Source of the DNA: Geosiphon pyriformis uo1
Taxonomy: Eukaryota; Fungi; Glomeromycota
NCBI GenBank assembly: GCA_016748015.1
Contig: JAAOMT010000003.1
Location: forward strand, 624,373 to 688,372
Direction of reading: 5' to 3'
DNA length: 64,000 bases
Each line of letters starts with the position of its first letter. The stretch's first letter is position 1. A program made the position numbers and the translations under genes. This document shows positions 62,280 to 64,000 of the stretch, piece after piece. Under the pieces are notes generated by a model. That model was not told the origin of the DNA, made no database searches, and worked only from the letters and a program-made list of their open reading frames with translations.

Positions 62280-62800
62280 CCCCTTCTGGCAGAGGTCAAA
62301 AGCTAAGATAACAGAACAATCAAGGCTTTTCTTCCCAGAAAAGATGATTTATATTTTTCTATAAAATGAGGCGTTGGCCTTTTATATATCATGCATCTTT
62401 GGGTATCAAACCATTTTAAAATGAAGTTGATGATGAGTCTGATAGTTTTGCCGCCATTTTAATATTATCTATCGACATACGATTGATCATTATAAATGTC
62501 TAATGTCTCTCTTCTTTATTGTTAATTAGAGGACCAGTAATTATCACGATCTCTTTTCCCACCATTGTTTTTATTGCTGCAGTAATAGTTTACTGCCTGA
62601 TAGAGCCAAAATGCCATTATGCCATAGTGATTCTTCACCCAAGAGTAAATTTGAGTATATCATATTGTCACACAAAAATACACAAAAACTAGTATAACCC
62701 GATCAAAAGCTTTAAAAATTAAAAAAATATATTTTTAAGGATTATCAAATTTTCCCTTTTGGAAAATAATAAGCCAAAGCTCGAATTTATCTTTGTAGTG
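62280..62800. promoter_or_regulatory. Putative bidirectional promoter between the two divergent host genes
   Basis: About 520 bp between head-to-head start codons; TATA-like stretches at ~62360 and ~62380. Confidence 0.5.
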
Positions 62801-64000
62801 ATGAATCGTACACCAACAGCTCTCATTAGAACAAAAGGCCGTTCGTACTTTCGAATAGTATACTCGCGTTTTTACGCTAGTCTATCGTATAATAGTCTTA
62901 AAAACTCTCAAACAATTGACATCTCAACTACTAAAAGACCAACAGAGGAGGTAAAGAAAGAAGACAAAGAAGTGAAGCTTCAAGCCGAAAGCGTTATTAC
63001 TTCTATTTCTGCAGGTTAGTTATCCTATCGCTCAAAATTCCGCTCTGCTCTTGGAGCAGGTGTGCTTTTCACTTTTAGGTTTAACTTTGACCTGTTTTGA
63101 TAAAAGGAATCAATAATGCTTCATGGATCACGCATCCTCCTACTATCTCAGATCCTATATTTGAAATTATGGCTCCAGGAAGTTTAGGGGCCATGCTCTT
63201 GGTAAAGCTGCCTCCAAAATCAGAGATTTACACGACCCCTGGGACCGCCGTTGTCGTCTCAAGCAAAGTGTGATTTTTTTATATTCGCCTTCATTTCGAT
63301 CAATCCTGTTCAAATAGGTAAATCATTGATTTGATTGGTCGTTCTGCTGTTGACGTAATCCAAGGTAATAGCAGAACGCACGACAGATGGAAATATTGTG
63401 ATCGCAATTGGTCGCAAGCTGGCGGGTGGTCAACTCGTTTATCATAAGGTAAGTATTTATTTTATTGGAGTTAAATGGTTTTCTTGGTGATTTACCTCAG
63501 TTGGGATTAGGTACTTGTGAGCCAATCAAAAAAGTTAATATAAATGGTGTAGTTTACTACCCAATCAGATTCTGGTGATGTTTTAATTAGCCCGAGTTCG
63601 TTGTCTGACATTGTGGCTATTCACATGGATGGAAGGTCAGAATATTATGTAAAAAAAGGTTCTTTTTTAGCAAGAGGCCCACGAGTTACGCTTAGAATTG
63701 GTGGTGTATCGGGAATGGTATGACTTGAAAGTGATTGGATATTTTTGCTACACCATAACTAACAAGACATTCCATATCTTGACAGGGTGTGCTGAAATCA
63801 TTTGCGTATCGCGTCACTGGTAGAGGAACCTTAGTAATCTCAAATTATGGAGCCATTCATCGACTAGTACTAAATGCCGGAGATGAATATTTAGTAAATC
63901 CCAAGTATTTATTGGGGCTTTGATCAGGCTTACATTTAAATTTAAACGTTTCACCGTGAAATATGCATCTAGGCACCTTATCGCCTGGGACGCTCTTACC
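62801..64000 (+). CDS. AIM24: AIM24-family mitochondrial protein (multi-exon, runs off the right edge)
   Basis: Arg-rich presequence-like N-terminus. Spliced exons give DPIFEIMAPGSLGAMLLVKLPPKSEIYTTPG..GDVLISPSSLSDIVAIHMDGRSEYYVKKGSFLA..YRVTGRGTLVISNYGAIHRLVLNAGDEYLVNPKHLIAWD, typical AIM24 motifs. Confidence 0.9.

Overview
Eukaryotic (fungal) genomic DNA, about 90% decayed retrotransposons. The element families, the GT-AG introns and the AT richness suggest a Glomeromycotina fungus, possibly Geosiphon-like; this is inference from family recognition, not a search. Contents: (i) Four minus-strand LINEs (ORF1 RRM/CCHC; ORF2 APE-RT-RNase H-CCHC) and one plus-strand LINE ghost. (ii) Two complete ORF1-only 'half-LINE' elements plus a third ghost, which share the LINE 5' motif and 3' UTR. 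(iii) A nearly intact 9.7-kb Ty3/Gypsy element (29061-38769) with the order gag-protease-[unknown Cys-rich domain]-dUTPase-RT-RNase H, then a separate integrase ORF and an extra ORF3. Two decayed relatives in inverted orientation repeat this layout. (iv) Two solo LTRs with 4-bp TSDs. (v) Three host genes: a small membrane protein, a spliced coiled-coil protein and AIM24. All repeats show C>T/G>A transition decay in every dinucleotide context. The 23 differences between the two LTRs of the intact element are all transitions, and parts of the AT 'deserts' can be read as hypermutated transposon ghosts. The best candidates for undescribed biology are the Gypsy architecture (Cys-rich domain, stand-alone integrase, ORF3), the ORF1-only LINE parasites, and a RIP-like mutational process.
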